Below, piece by piece: positions 53,060-64,000 of a stretch of 64,000 bases of DNA. The stretch is from contig OX597836.1 of the NCBI GenBank assembly GCA_951406725.2, positions 22,692,001 through 22,756,000 of the forward strand. The letters run 5' to 3'. The position numbers and the translations under genes are program-made. The stretch is from Octopus vulgaris (taxonomy: Eukaryota). The notes beneath the pieces are model-generated. The model was not told where the DNA came from, searched no databases, and saw nothing but the letters and a program-made list of their open reading frames with translations. Each line of letters begins with the position of its first letter. Positions within the stretch are counted from its first letter, which is position 1.

Positions 53060-53565
53060 TTACAACCGTGTTTCATGGTCTGCTACCACAACAGCTCCTT
53101 TATAGGATCCAGTTAGCTCAAGACATCATCAGGAGGAACCACGTCCGGTTTCGGCCCCTACTCCTCTACCATTTTGACATGGCGGGGCCCCTCCTTTCGG
53201 AGGTGTCTTCAGCTCTGGTGGTGGGTGCATGTCTTCTTTCTTCTGTTCCCTGGCCTCTTCCATCCGATTGCGCTCAAATTTGATATGTCAGCGAGTGTCA
53301 GCCGGTGACTGACTGTCTTGTCAAATTTTTCTCTTTAAATACCTGCCGCATAGGCTCCAGCAGGCAGCCCCAGCAAGTTGTCATGTGACACTGTCTCACC
53401 TTAACTGACTTGTGAAGGCGCGTAGTTTTAGCCCGCGCTTTTTCTAAACGACCGTCACCTGTCAGTTAGCAAAGCTGATTCAGTCAGCTTGTCTCACCTA
53501 ATGATGTTATTTCCCGTCGACGTGTTTATGACTTTCAAGCCATTTTCGGTCTTCCCGCTTCAGCC

Positions 53566-53570
<5 letters not shown>
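53060..53570 (-). mobile_element. 5'-truncated HERO-like retrotransposon 3' end (second family)
   Basis: The minus strand begins IWLKREDRKWLESHKHVDGK*, matching IWLKRDDERWLEGY* of copy A, followed by a long 3'UTR. Confidence 0.68.
53115..53214 (-). ncRNA. Permuted hammerhead-like RNA structure in HERO-like 3'UTR (copy B)
   Basis: Minus strand AAGACA-CCTCCGAAAGGAGG-GGCCCC-G-CCATGTC-AAAAT-GGTA-GAGGA-GTA-GGGGCC-GAAACC-GGACGTGG-T-TCCTC-CTGATGA-TGTCTT. Confidence 0.6.
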
Positions 53571-53605
<35 letters not shown>

Positions 53606-54566
53606 TGTATACAGTGCTCAGGTGCACTACAACTCATCTAAAGTGTATATATAATCAGGTGTAGTTTCGGCAGATTTCGGAAAGCATGAGGGCCTTAAAG
53701 GATGCAGTGTCATGGCAGTCAATATATAGAAGCTGGCTTTTTCAACCGCCTCCTGTACTCTCCTTATTAGTTTACACAGCTCATAAAGGTGTCACATTGT
53801 GAGACTGAACCCCCAACCATGTGGTTGGGAAGCAAGCTTCTTACCACACAGCCATGTCTGTGCCGATATAAAAATTAAACCATTAATGCATGCCTGTGTT
53901 ATACATGCCAGGATGTCTGTCTCACATTAATTTCACACACCATTATGATTATCTAATTATCAAAACCAGTCATTCTAATTACAGTTTACTTTCATTAAAT
54001 ACATGAAAGGTAATAAATCTGTTTTAGAAATATTTAATAAATATAAAATCACATAGAATATATAGTAAAAATATATAACATATAATGATATATAATATAC
54101 AATAGTGTATGATAAATAATTAAAATATATAATATATAATGAAGATATATGATTAAAGTATGGAATAAATGATGGAGAAGATAAGGGGGAAATTGAAACA
54201 AAATTGAAATAGATTTTGAGAGTAAATTTTAATAAATATTGTACATTACTTTCTCAATTAACCTAAATACATACATATATACACATATATATATGTGTGT
54301 GTATATATGTGTGTGTGCATGCAAGTGTATATATGTGTGTGTGCATGCAAGTGTATATATATATAGATATAGATATAGATAAAGAGAAACAGACAGACAG
54401 AGGCAGACAGAGACAGACAGACAGACAGATACATACATAGATGTCTCTTATTTTTTTAGTTGTTTCATTCATTAGACTGCGGCCATGCTGGGGCACTGCC
54501 TTGAAGAACTTTGAGTCAAATAAATTGATTCCAGTTCTTGTTTTCATTTTTTAAGCCACTGTTTAC

Positions 54567-54940
54567 AGACCACATGGTTCCGGGTTCAGTCCCACTGCGT
54601 GGCACCTTGGGCAAGTGTCTTCTACTATAGCCTCGGGCCGACCAAAGCCTTGTGAGTGGATTTGGTAGACGGAAACTGAAAGAAGCCTGTCGTATATATA
54701 TATATATGTATGTATGTGTATGTGTTTGTGTGTCTGTGTTTGTCCCCCTAGCAGTGCTTGACAACCGATGCTGGTGTGTTTATGTCCCCGTTACTTAGCG
54801 GTTCGGCAAAAGAGACCGATAGAATAAGTACTGGGCTTACAAAAGAATAAGTCCCGGGGTCGAGTTGCTCGATTAAAGGCGGTGCTCCAGCATCGCCGCA
54901 GTCATATGACTGAAACAAGTAAAAAGAGAGTAAAAAGAGT
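54567..54940 (+). mobile_element. CORE-type tRNA SINE (head truncated)
   Basis: Near-consensus sequence. Confidence 0.88.
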
Positions 54941-55041
54941 ATACTTATTCTATCAATCTCTTTTTGCTGAACAACTAGGTTATGGAGACATAAGCACACC
55001 AAAACTATCTGTTAAGTGGTGGTGGGAGACAAACACAGTCA

Positions 55042-55078
<37 letters not shown>

Positions 55079-55080
55079 CA

Positions 55081-55255
55081 TCTATTATATAAAATCCATT
55101 CTGTCTGTCTGTGTGTGTGTCTTCTAGGATCTCGGGCATCCTCCATCCGATTGCGCTCAAATTTGATATGTAGATAATGACGGTATCAGGGCATGTATAA
55201 GTCTTGAAAAAATTACAAAAATCGATTCCAGGTGAGAATGCGATCGATAAAGCCA
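55081..55255 (+). mobile_element. Helitron-like 5' end fragment
   Basis: A|TCTATTATATAAAA start followed by (CTGT)n, the same architecture as the other non-autonomous Helitrons here. Confidence 0.55.
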
Positions 55256-55654
55256 TTTTTGTCCTGCTTTTCTTCCGTCAACCTGTACATAACTGCACCT
55301 TCCATTTTTTGTTGTTTTTGTACTGCTTAAAGGCACGTTTCTTTCCTGCCAAGCTTACTATTTAAACCATGTTTGTGTTCTCCCAGTCAACAGCCTTATC
55401 ATTACTGGTACTTTAAACTCTTTGGTTGCATATTTGTGTGGATAAAATCGTTTTTCTTTGGAATAGAAAAAGTCTATCTTTATTTCTTCTTTTGCTGGTG
55501 TCTCAAATTTAGGTTAAATCAGTGTTTCTCAAAGGGGAGGCCCAGGGGACAGTCGGACAAGCTGTTTTGAGAAAATTTGGTTTAAATGTTTGACAACTCA
55601 GCACCATCCATTGGACGGGGGGTTGGGGGTGTTTTACTCGTCTATATATATAGA

Positions 55655-55820
55655 CTCTCTCCTTTTCTCTCCTTATTTCTTTTCTGTCTACCTTTCTGTA
55701 GAAGAGCATAGGCTCGAAACGTAAAAGACTTTTTTTTATTCCTGAGCGCTATACTAATACATTTGTTTGTTTGTACTCCACCTGCCTTCGTCTTTTGTTT
55801 ATTTTCATAAACTTCCCCCT
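55655..55820 (+). mobile_element. Penelope-like pseudo-LTR fragment with hammerhead-like motif
   Basis: CTTT-CTGTAGAA-GAGC-ATAG-GCTC-GAAAC-GTA-AAAG at 55692-55727. Confidence 0.55.
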
Positions 55821-55830
55821 ATATATAAAA

Positions 55831-55881
<51 letters not shown>

Positions 55882-56564
55882 TAGATATATATAGATCTAC
55901 CAAATCCACTCACAAGGCTTTGGTCAGCCCTTCATTGACCAAAGCACCAAGAGAATCCATTATAAGCATATTCATATATTGTATAAGATTATATATTTGT
56001 ATGGATATTAGCCTGTTTGATTAAAAACAGATTAGATGGTCACAGTAGAAAGATCTTTGATAAGAGATCTTCTCAATTAAGATTAACATGTAGTTGACCC
56101 ATTCCAGTTGTGACCACCTTGATGATTTGTATATATTTAGGACTAAGTGTCCATCATTTTTCAAGATAGTCGAGTATGATTTGAGGAAATTTAGCTGCTG
56201 TTTCTTGTAAGTCAACAACAATGGCAGTAACAGCGAGAACAATGACAACAGCAAGAAAGTTGTTGAGCTACTAGAAATAGCAGTCAAATCCCAAACCTAG
56301 CTTCGAGGAAAAGTTAGAACACACCAAGTGACTGGAGATTGTGGCTACACAAAGGCACAGTGTTGGTCAATGCTAGAATAATGTTAATTAATAAAGTTTG
56401 ATTGATTAGGACTGACCTAGGGTTAACTAACAACAACAACACCAACAACAACATTTTATTGTCTGTCTCAGCACTTGTGTGGTACCATTATCAAAGATAC
56501 AATCACAGAGAAATTGCAGAGTGTGTCTAGTAGACATTTCAACAATATCAGTGAGGCAGTGTAC

Positions 56565-58820
56565 TGTGGTGGTGGTGGTGGTGGCCAGTGGTGGCGGTGA
56601 TGGCTTTGGCAGCAGTGGTGACGGCAGTGGCAGCAGCAGTGGCGGTGGCAGTGGCAGTAGCAGTGGTGGTAATGTGATGGTGGCGGTGGTGGCGGCGCTG
56701 GGGGCAGTGCGGTGGAGGCGGCAGTGGTGGCGACAGCGACGGCGACAGGGGTGGTGGTGGCGGCACTGACAGCAGCAGTGGCGGTGGCGGTGGTAGTGGC
56801 AGTAATGCGGGGTGGTGGTGGTGGAGGTGGTGGTGCTGGTGGCTTTGATGGTGGAGGTGGTGGAGATGATGATGATGGTGAGGGTGATGATGATGGTGGT
56901 GATGATAATGTGGGGAAGGATGATGATGATAATGATGGTAGTGGTGATGAAGGTGGTGGTGGTGGTGGTGGTGGTGGAGATGATGATGATGGTGAGGGTG
57001 ATGATGGTGAGGGTGATGGTGATGGTGGTGATGATCATTTGTGGGGAAGGATGATGATGATGACGATGGTAGTGGTGATGGTGGTGATAATGATGGTAGT
57101 GGTGATGAAGGTGGTGGTGGTGTTGTTGGTGGTGGTGTTGTTGGTGGTGGCTGTAGTGATGATATGGGAAGGAAAGATGATGATGATGATGATGATGGTT
57201 GCGGTGATGATAATGGTGATGATGGTGTCGATGATGATGGTAGTGGTGGTGCTGATGACAATGGTGGTGATGATGGTGTTGCTGGGGCTCTATCAATATA
57301 TTGATCCTATTCATGACCATAATGATGATGATGATGATAATCACACACCCCCTTCTTACCAAACTACAAATCCCCTTTCATCACACTGTTTAATCTATTG
57401 ATAGCTCGTGTTTTATGCAACTCTGTAATTCCATTATTCTCTAATTCTGTGATTCAGTGATTCTGTGATTCCGTTTGATGAGAAATCTACCCATTGACCT
57501 GTGGAAATCGAAATATTCCTGTTTAACCACAACACAATGAGACAAGATAAGGGTGGATGGGAGAGGGAACCCGGACGTAGACTGTGGCAGTAGTGGTGGT
57601 GGTGGCGGCGGCAGTGGTGTTGGTGGTGGAGATTGTGCAGTTGGTGATTGCAGTATGATGATGATGATGGTGATGCTGGAGGTTGCATTGTTATTGTTAC
57701 TTGTGGCAGTAGTGGTGGTGGTTGTGGTGGTGGTGGTGGTTGTGGTGATGGTTGTGATGGTGGTGGTGGTTGTGGTGGTGGTGGTGGTTGTGGTGGTGGT
57801 GGTGGTGGTGGTGGTGGTGGTGGTGGTGGTGGTTGTTATGGTGGTGGTGGTGGTGGTGGTGGTGGTTGTGGTGGTGGCGGTGGTGGTGTTGGTCGTTGTG
57901 GTGGTGGTGGTGGTGGTTGAGGTGGCGGTGGTGGTGTTGGTGGTGGTGGTGGTGGTGGTGGTTGAGGTGGTGGTTGTGGTGGTGGTTGTGGTGGTGGTGG
58001 CGGTTGTGGTGGTGGTAGTGGTGGTGGTGGTGATTGTGGTGGTGGTTGTGGTGGTGGTAGTGGTGGTGGTGGTGGTGGTTGTGGTGGTGGTGGTGGTGGT
58101 GGTGGTGGTGGTGGTGGTGGTGGTGGTGGTGGTGGTGGTGGTGGTGGTGGTGGTGGTTGAGGTGGTGGTTGTGGTGGTGGTTGTGGTGGTGGTGGCGGTT
58201 GTGGTGGTGGTAGTGGTGGTGGTGGTGGTTGTGGTGGTGGTTGTGGTGGTGGTAGTGGTGGTGGTGGTGGTGGTAGTGGTGGTGGTAGTGGCGGTGGTGG
58301 TGGTGGTTGTGGTGATGGTAGTGGTGGTGGTTGTGGTTGTTGTGGTGGTGGTTGTGGTGGTGGTAGTGGTTGTGGTAGTGGTTGTGGTGGTGGTGGTGGT
58401 GGTTGTGGTGGTTGTGGTTGTTGTTGTTGTGGTGGTGGTGGTGGTGGTTGTGGTGGTGGTTGTGGTGGTTGTGGTGGTTGTGTGTTGTGGTGGTGGTGGT
58501 GGTGGTGGTTGTGGTGGTGGTGGTGTTTGTGGTGGTGGTTGTGGTGTTGGTTTTGGTTATGGTCGTGGTGGTGGTAGTGGTTGTGGTGGTTGTGGTTGTG
58601 GTGGTTGTGGTTGTGGTAGTGGTGGTGGTGGTGGTGGTGGTGTGGTGGTGGTTGTGGTGGTGGTGGTGGTGGTTGTGGTGGTGGTGGTGTTTGTGGTGGC
58701 GGCGTCAGTGGAAATTGTGCAGTTGGTGATTACAGCATGATGATGGCGATGGCGATGTTTGAGGTTGCATTGTTGTTGTTGTTGGCCATGATGATGATGA
58801 TGATGGTGGTGATGCTGTTG
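56565..58820. repeat. Very long (GGT)n/(GAT)n trinucleotide region
   Basis: Read directly. About 1 kb of near-pure GGT/TGT lies at 57705-58700. Confidence 0.95.
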
Positions 58821-58944
58821 TTTTCGTTGCTTAACCCTATGTCAGCCCTGACAGAACGATAGGAATGTAGTGGTGGTTGTGGCAGTAGTGGCAGTGGTGG
58901 TGGTGATGCAGTTAGCTGTAGTACATGCATCGATGATGTGTATC

Positions 58945-59475
58945 ATATGTATGTATGTATGTGCATGTGTATGTATGTATGCATGTATGTATGTATGTGC
59001 ATGTGTATGTATGTATGCATGCATGCATGTGCGTGTGTATGTATGTATGCATGTGCGTGTGTGTGTATGTATGTATGCATGTGCATGTGTATGTATGCAT
59101 GTATGTATGTATGTATGTATGTATGTATGTATGTATGTATGTATGTATGTATGTATGTATGTATGTATGTATGTATGTATGTATGTATGTATGTATGTAT
59201 GTATGTATGTATGTATGTATGTATGTATGTATGTATGCATGTGCGTGTGTATGTATGAACGTATGTATGAATGAGTGTATGTATGTATGCATGTGCGTGT
59301 ATATGTGTGGGTATGTTTATGAATATATGTATGGATGGGTGGGGAACAGAAATACGGATGTATGTGCTTGTGTATGTATATATGTATATGTGTGTGTATG
59401 AATATGTATATGTATATATGGGTGTGTATGCATGACTATGTATGATTGTGTACGTATGTGTGTGTGTATGTATGT
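58945..59475. repeat. (TATG)n microsatellite
   Basis: Read directly from the sequence. Confidence 0.95.
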
Positions 59476-59662
59476 TAGTATTCTTTTATTCTTTTACTTG
59501 TTTCATTCATTTGACTTACGGCCATACTGGGGCACCGTCTTAAGATGTTGAACTAATTCTTTCCATTGGTTTAATTTTGCACTAGGGTAACAGGGTTCTG
59601 AATGAAAAATACAAAGGCTTCTCTTAAGTATTTCATTGGCATCATCATCATCATTGTCTTAA

Positions 59663-59882
59663 CCCTTTAGTGTTTAAACCGGTCGTATCTGGCCCAGATA
59701 TTCTACATGTTTTATATTCAAACTGGCAATATCTAGCCTCTCACACCTACCCGACAATGTCATTCTAAGTATAAACAATCACATCATTGAAACCTCAAAG
59801 CTATAAGATAATGCATGATTAATTCAAAACAATTTGAGTGGAAAAGTATTACATTTAACAGAGTAATCTGAACATTAAAGGG
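59663..59882. mobile_element. piggyBac-type MITE
   Basis: TTAA|CCCTTTAG...TTAAAGGG|TTAA, homologous to 30045-30264. Confidence 0.85.
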
Positions 59883-60142
59883 TTAAAGTCCACTTTTCCC
59901 TGCTGGCAAGGGTTGGACGAAATTTGCTGAAGCAGATTTCCAGCAGCCAGATGCTTCTCCTGTCACCAAACCTTACCTGTTTCTAAGCAATGTAATATTT
60001 ACCCATCACCAGACATATTTTCACAGAATATTGAAAAGAAAGGAACCTGCTTGCTGTGGCGTAGCTAGGGTAAACCTTGTCCAAGACAAGCTGCAAAAAT
60101 GCACCACTGCACCACCAATTACAAAATCCACGATATTATATA

Positions 60143-60546
60143 TTACTCTTTACTCTTTTACTTGTTTCAGTCATTTGACTGCAGCCATGCTGGAGCACCG
60201 TCTTTAGTCGAGCAAATCGACCCCGGGACTTATTCTTTGTAAGCCCAGTACTTATTCTATCGATCGCTGTTGCCGAACCGCTAAGTGACGGGGACGTAAA
60301 CACACCAGCATCGGTTGTCAAGCAATGCTAGGGGGACAAACACAAACATATACACACACACATATATATATATACATATATACGACAGGCTTCTTTCAGT
60401 TTCCGTCTACCAAATCCACTCACAAGGCATTGGTCGGCCCGGGGCTATAGCAGAAGACACTTGCCCAAGATACCACGCAGTGGGACTGAACCCGGAACCA
60501 TGTGGTTGGTTAGCAAGCTACTTACCACACAGCCACTCCTGCGCCT
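60143..60546 (-). mobile_element. CORE-type tRNA SINE, full length, young
   Basis: Near-consensus from head to tail, with CpGs retained. Confidence 0.9.
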
Positions 60547-61083
60547 ATTACTTATTTGTTACAAGTAATTAATGTTTTAAAGCAATATTTTAGGAATAAA
60601 TACTATACCAGGGTTCATATACCTGCCGGTTCAGTACAGCCTGTAATTCAGAATATATTTTTTGAACATTAACTTTTACGAAACCTTTTTTTGATGCCTT
60701 TGTAAAAACGTCCAGACATGAATGTAGGCAGCCATCATATTGCGCTTAACTTTAATAACAGCATAAAACAATATGCTGGAGATCCATCTTTACAACTGCA
60801 ATTTGTAAAATTTCTTCTTCTTCTTCTGCTGCTGCTGCTGCTGCTGCTGCTTCTGCTTCTGCGTGTTACTGATAAGTTTATAGAGAGCGAAAAAAAGCTT
60901 CTTCAAAGCAAACAACTTTAGACTTGTTCTTTTAGAAAGAAATCTACAAGTCTGTCTCTGAGTGCTTGTGAATCAGCGATCGTGTCTACATATATATATA
61001 TATATATATATATAATAAATTCAGGGTGAATACTTGATAAATGTAAGCACCTGTATATGCCAGCTAGTAGCATAGGTGAGAGG

Positions 61084-61385
61084 ATATATGTATCAAATGA
61101 AATAAATGAAAAACAGGACACAAAGGATGTCGCGGTACATATGTTTCGAGCTTTATAGAACAACTTATTCTTATATCAATGCATAATCGACATAACAGAT
61201 AGTTCAAAAGCCCTCTTCAGTGATACAAGTCTTTGGCGTAGCAATTGCATGTGGCTGAAGAGGGCTTTTGAACTATCTGTTGTGTCGATTATGCATTGAT
61301 GTAAGAATAAGTTGTTCTATAAAGCTCGAAACATATATACCGCAACATCCTTTGTGTCATGTTTTTCATTTATTTCATTTGATAC

Positions 61386-61391
<6 letters not shown>
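61084..61391. repeat. 137-bp-arm palindrome of a Penelope-like terminal repeat
   Basis: 61084-61220 is inverted relative to 61255-61391, with a 34-nt spacer. Confidence 0.92.
61250..61344 (+). ncRNA. Type I hammerhead-like motif with extended stem II
   Basis: TGTGG-CTGAAGA-GGGCTTT...AAAGCTC-GAAAC-ATAT-ATA-CCGCA. The opposite arm reads GAAACATATGTA. Confidence 0.6.
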
Positions 61392-61419
<28 letters not shown>

Positions 61420-61715
61420 GTGTGTGTGTGTGTATCTGTATGTGTGTATGGATGTATGTGTGTGCGTATATGTATCTCTGTATATGTGTGTGTATATCTA
61501 CACATATATATGTCTGTGTGTCAGTATCTTCTTGTCAAGACAAGAAGGCACATTACATGATAGTTGTAAAAGAATGTCATGATTATACAAGCAACATCAT
61601 TCCTTTCAGTTCTTCCACGAAGAAATATTACCATATTTGGTAACAGGTAAAGGTTGGCAACAGGAAGAGCCTCCAGCTGTAGAAAAAAACTGCTGCAATA
61701 AACTCAGTCCAACCC

Positions 61716-62415
61716 ATATTTCTTTATTGTCCACAAGGGGCTAAACGTAAAGGGGACAAAAGAGGACAGACAAAGGGATTAAGTCGATTACATCGACCCC
61801 AGTGCATTATTGGTACTTAATTTATCGACCCCGAAAGGATGAAAGGCAAAGTCGACCTCGGCAGAATTTGAACCCAGAACGTAACAGCAGACGAAATACC
61901 TATTTCTTTACTACCCACAAGGGGCTAAACACAGAGAGGACAAACAAGGACAGACAAAGGGATTAAGTTGATTATATCGACTCCAGTGCGTAACTGGTAC
62001 TTATTTAATCGACCCCGAAAGGATGAAAGGCAAAGTCGACCTTGGCGGAATTTGAACTCGGAACGTAACAGCAGACGAAATACCGCTAAGCATTTTGCCC
62101 GGCGTGCTAATGTTTCTGCCAGCTCAGTCTAACCCAGGCAAGCAAGTAAGATAAGTGGATATCAAAATAATAATGATATAAAACCCAAGTCATTACAGAC
62201 AGGTGAATATGATATGGTACCATGTACAATATACCATGTTTTGACTAATGCAAAGTCGATTACATTGACCCCAGTGCATAACTGGTACTTAATTTATCGA
62301 CCCCGAAAGGATGAAAGGCAAAGTCAACCTCGGCGGAATTTGAACTCAGAACGCAACAGCAGACGAAATACCGTTAAGCATTTTGCCCAGCGTGCTAACG
62401 TTTCTGCCAGCTCAG
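61716..62415 (-). mobile_element. Three Meta-type SINE units (dimer plus local tandem duplication)
   Basis: Units at about 61716-61899, 61900-62124 and 62253-62412. The flank 62125-62252 is repeated at 62413-62540. Confidence 0.85.
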
Positions 62416-62937
62416 TCTAACCCATGCAAGCAAGCAAGATAAGTGGAGGTCAAAATAATAATGATATAAAACCCAAGTCATTACATACAGGTGAATATGA
62501 TATGGTACCATGTACAATATACCATGTTTTCACTAATGCAGTCATGAGTAGACACAGAATCCCCCAGCCTCTTGGTACAGCAGAATATCTGAGATATAAG
62601 AGCTGGAGGGCTGTTCCAGCACAGTACTCACTAAGCTGGTACTCATTTTACTGCTAAGTAGAGTACAGGAAAGCGATGTGAAATGAAGTAATGAAGTGTC
62701 TTGATCAAGGTAGCAAAGCACTACCTGGTATGGGAATTGAACCTGTAATTGTATGTTTCTGAGCCCAATACCATAATCATTAGGCTAGTATTAAAGTTGA
62801 AATGTAATTTGCTGGTTGGTGTATCATAGTTATGTATCGTTGGTGGGATAAATGAAAAGACTAGCCTTTGATAGAATAGTATACGTCATGCATGATATCT
62901 ATGTATGTATGTATATACACATATACACATACATACA

Positions 62938-62982
<45 letters not shown>

Positions 62983-63229
62983 CGTGCATGTGTGTGTATA
63001 AATATGTATATATATATATATATATGTATATTCACGTGTGTGTGTGAATATATATATATATATATATAGATATGTATGTATATATATATATATGTATGTA
63101 TGCATGTATATATATATATATATATATTATAGATATACACATACACACACACAATCATACATGCATTCACAAACACATACATAAATATAAAAATACACAC
63201 ACATATAGGTACATGGATACATGCACACG

Positions 63230-63260
<31 letters not shown>

Positions 63261-63817
63261 CTGCACACAACATAAACACATATCCACGCCTACTAACAGA
63301 TATTTACATAAATATACAACTATACACATGCATGCATAAATGAACACATACAAGTATACACACACACACACACACGTATATATAAACATGCACACACAAC
63401 ATAATCTTTCCCCACCCCATACACTGCTATTTAGATAAATGTATAACTATTTAATTAGTATACAAATATTGAATCACCAAAAATTAAATTATTGAATATT
63501 CAATTATCGATTATTGAATCATCGTTGCACTTCCTCCCCCAAATTCCCACCGCATCTCACAGTTAGTCATCTAAGGAAAACAAAAGGAAGCTGGGGAGGC
63601 AGGTTGGGGTTTGGAATGGTGAGACATTCTTTCTGTGAGAGATAAAAAAGAAAGAGAGAAGGAAGGGGGAAGAGAAGTAGAATTTCTAAAAAGAAAAAAA
63701 AAACAAACACAGCAATTAGTATTTTTTTTGTTTTTTTTTTAGTGATAGAGAAAAGTAATGGATGTACCACTAGCATCACCAACGGCAGCAGCAACATCAT
63801 GACCAGCAGCAGTAAGT

Positions 63818-64000
63818 GGAGGCGCAATGGCCCCGTGGTTAGGGCAGCGGACTCGCGGTCGGAGGATCGCGGTTTCGATTCCCAGACCGGGCGTTGTGTG
63901 TGTTTATTGAGCGAAAACACCTAAAGCTCCACGAGGTTCCGGCAGGGGGTGGTGGCGACCCCTGTTGTACTCTTTCGCTCCAACTTTCTCTCGATCTTTC
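63818..64000 (+). mobile_element. tRNA(Arg-like)-derived SINE, young copy running off the window end
   Basis: GGAGGCGCAATGGCCCCGTGGTTAGGGCAGCGGACTCGCGG...GGTTTCGATTCCC with no acceptor-stem 3' end. It continues into the SINE body. Confidence 0.85.

Larger units (their letters stand above)
52770..53860 (-). mobile_element. CORE-type SINE split by HERO-like and CR1 insertions
   Basis: SINE body at 52770-53058 and head at about 53785-53860. Confidence 0.7.

Noticed and set aside
56427-57401. His-rich and Gly/Asp-rich ORFs resembling cephalopod His-rich structural proteins
   Set aside because: They are (CAT/CAC)n microsatellite frames with no signal peptide, defined motif or splice context. The same applies to 34412-35003, 37308-37955 and 52436-52813.
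57553-58740. 395-aa poly-Val ORF and overlapping poly-Gly/poly-Trp ORFs
   Set aside because: These are translations of a (GGT)n microsatellite, open in several frames only because the repeat lacks stop codons.
63818-63890. Apparent tRNA-Arg gene
   Set aside because: It has no complementary acceptor stem or terminator and runs into a multi-copy SINE body.

Overview
This is eukaryotic, AT-rich, repeat-saturated DNA with no host protein-coding gene that I can support. The SINE families, microsatellite density and transposon mix suggest an octopus (coleoid cephalopod) intron or intergenic region (inference). Almost all ORFs in the supplied track are microsatellite translations or transposon remnants. 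Identifiable content: many tRNA-derived SINE copies (Meta-type, CORE-type and an Arg-like family with swapped tails); LINE fragments (HERO-like, R4/Dong, CR1, RTE, Tx1/L1); Penelope-like remnants with hammerhead motifs and fold-backs in (TA)n tracts; a split Gypsy integrase; mariner and maT elements; Helitrons; and hAT-, piggyBac- and Merlin-type MITEs. The most notable signal is in two diverged HERO-like retrotransposon 3' ends (2587-2882 on +, 53060-53570 on -). Both 3'UTRs carry the same co-varying RNA fold, which contains every hammerhead core element but in a permuted, pseudoknotted order (NUH...GAAA...CUGAUGA). Catalytic activity and novelty are untested.
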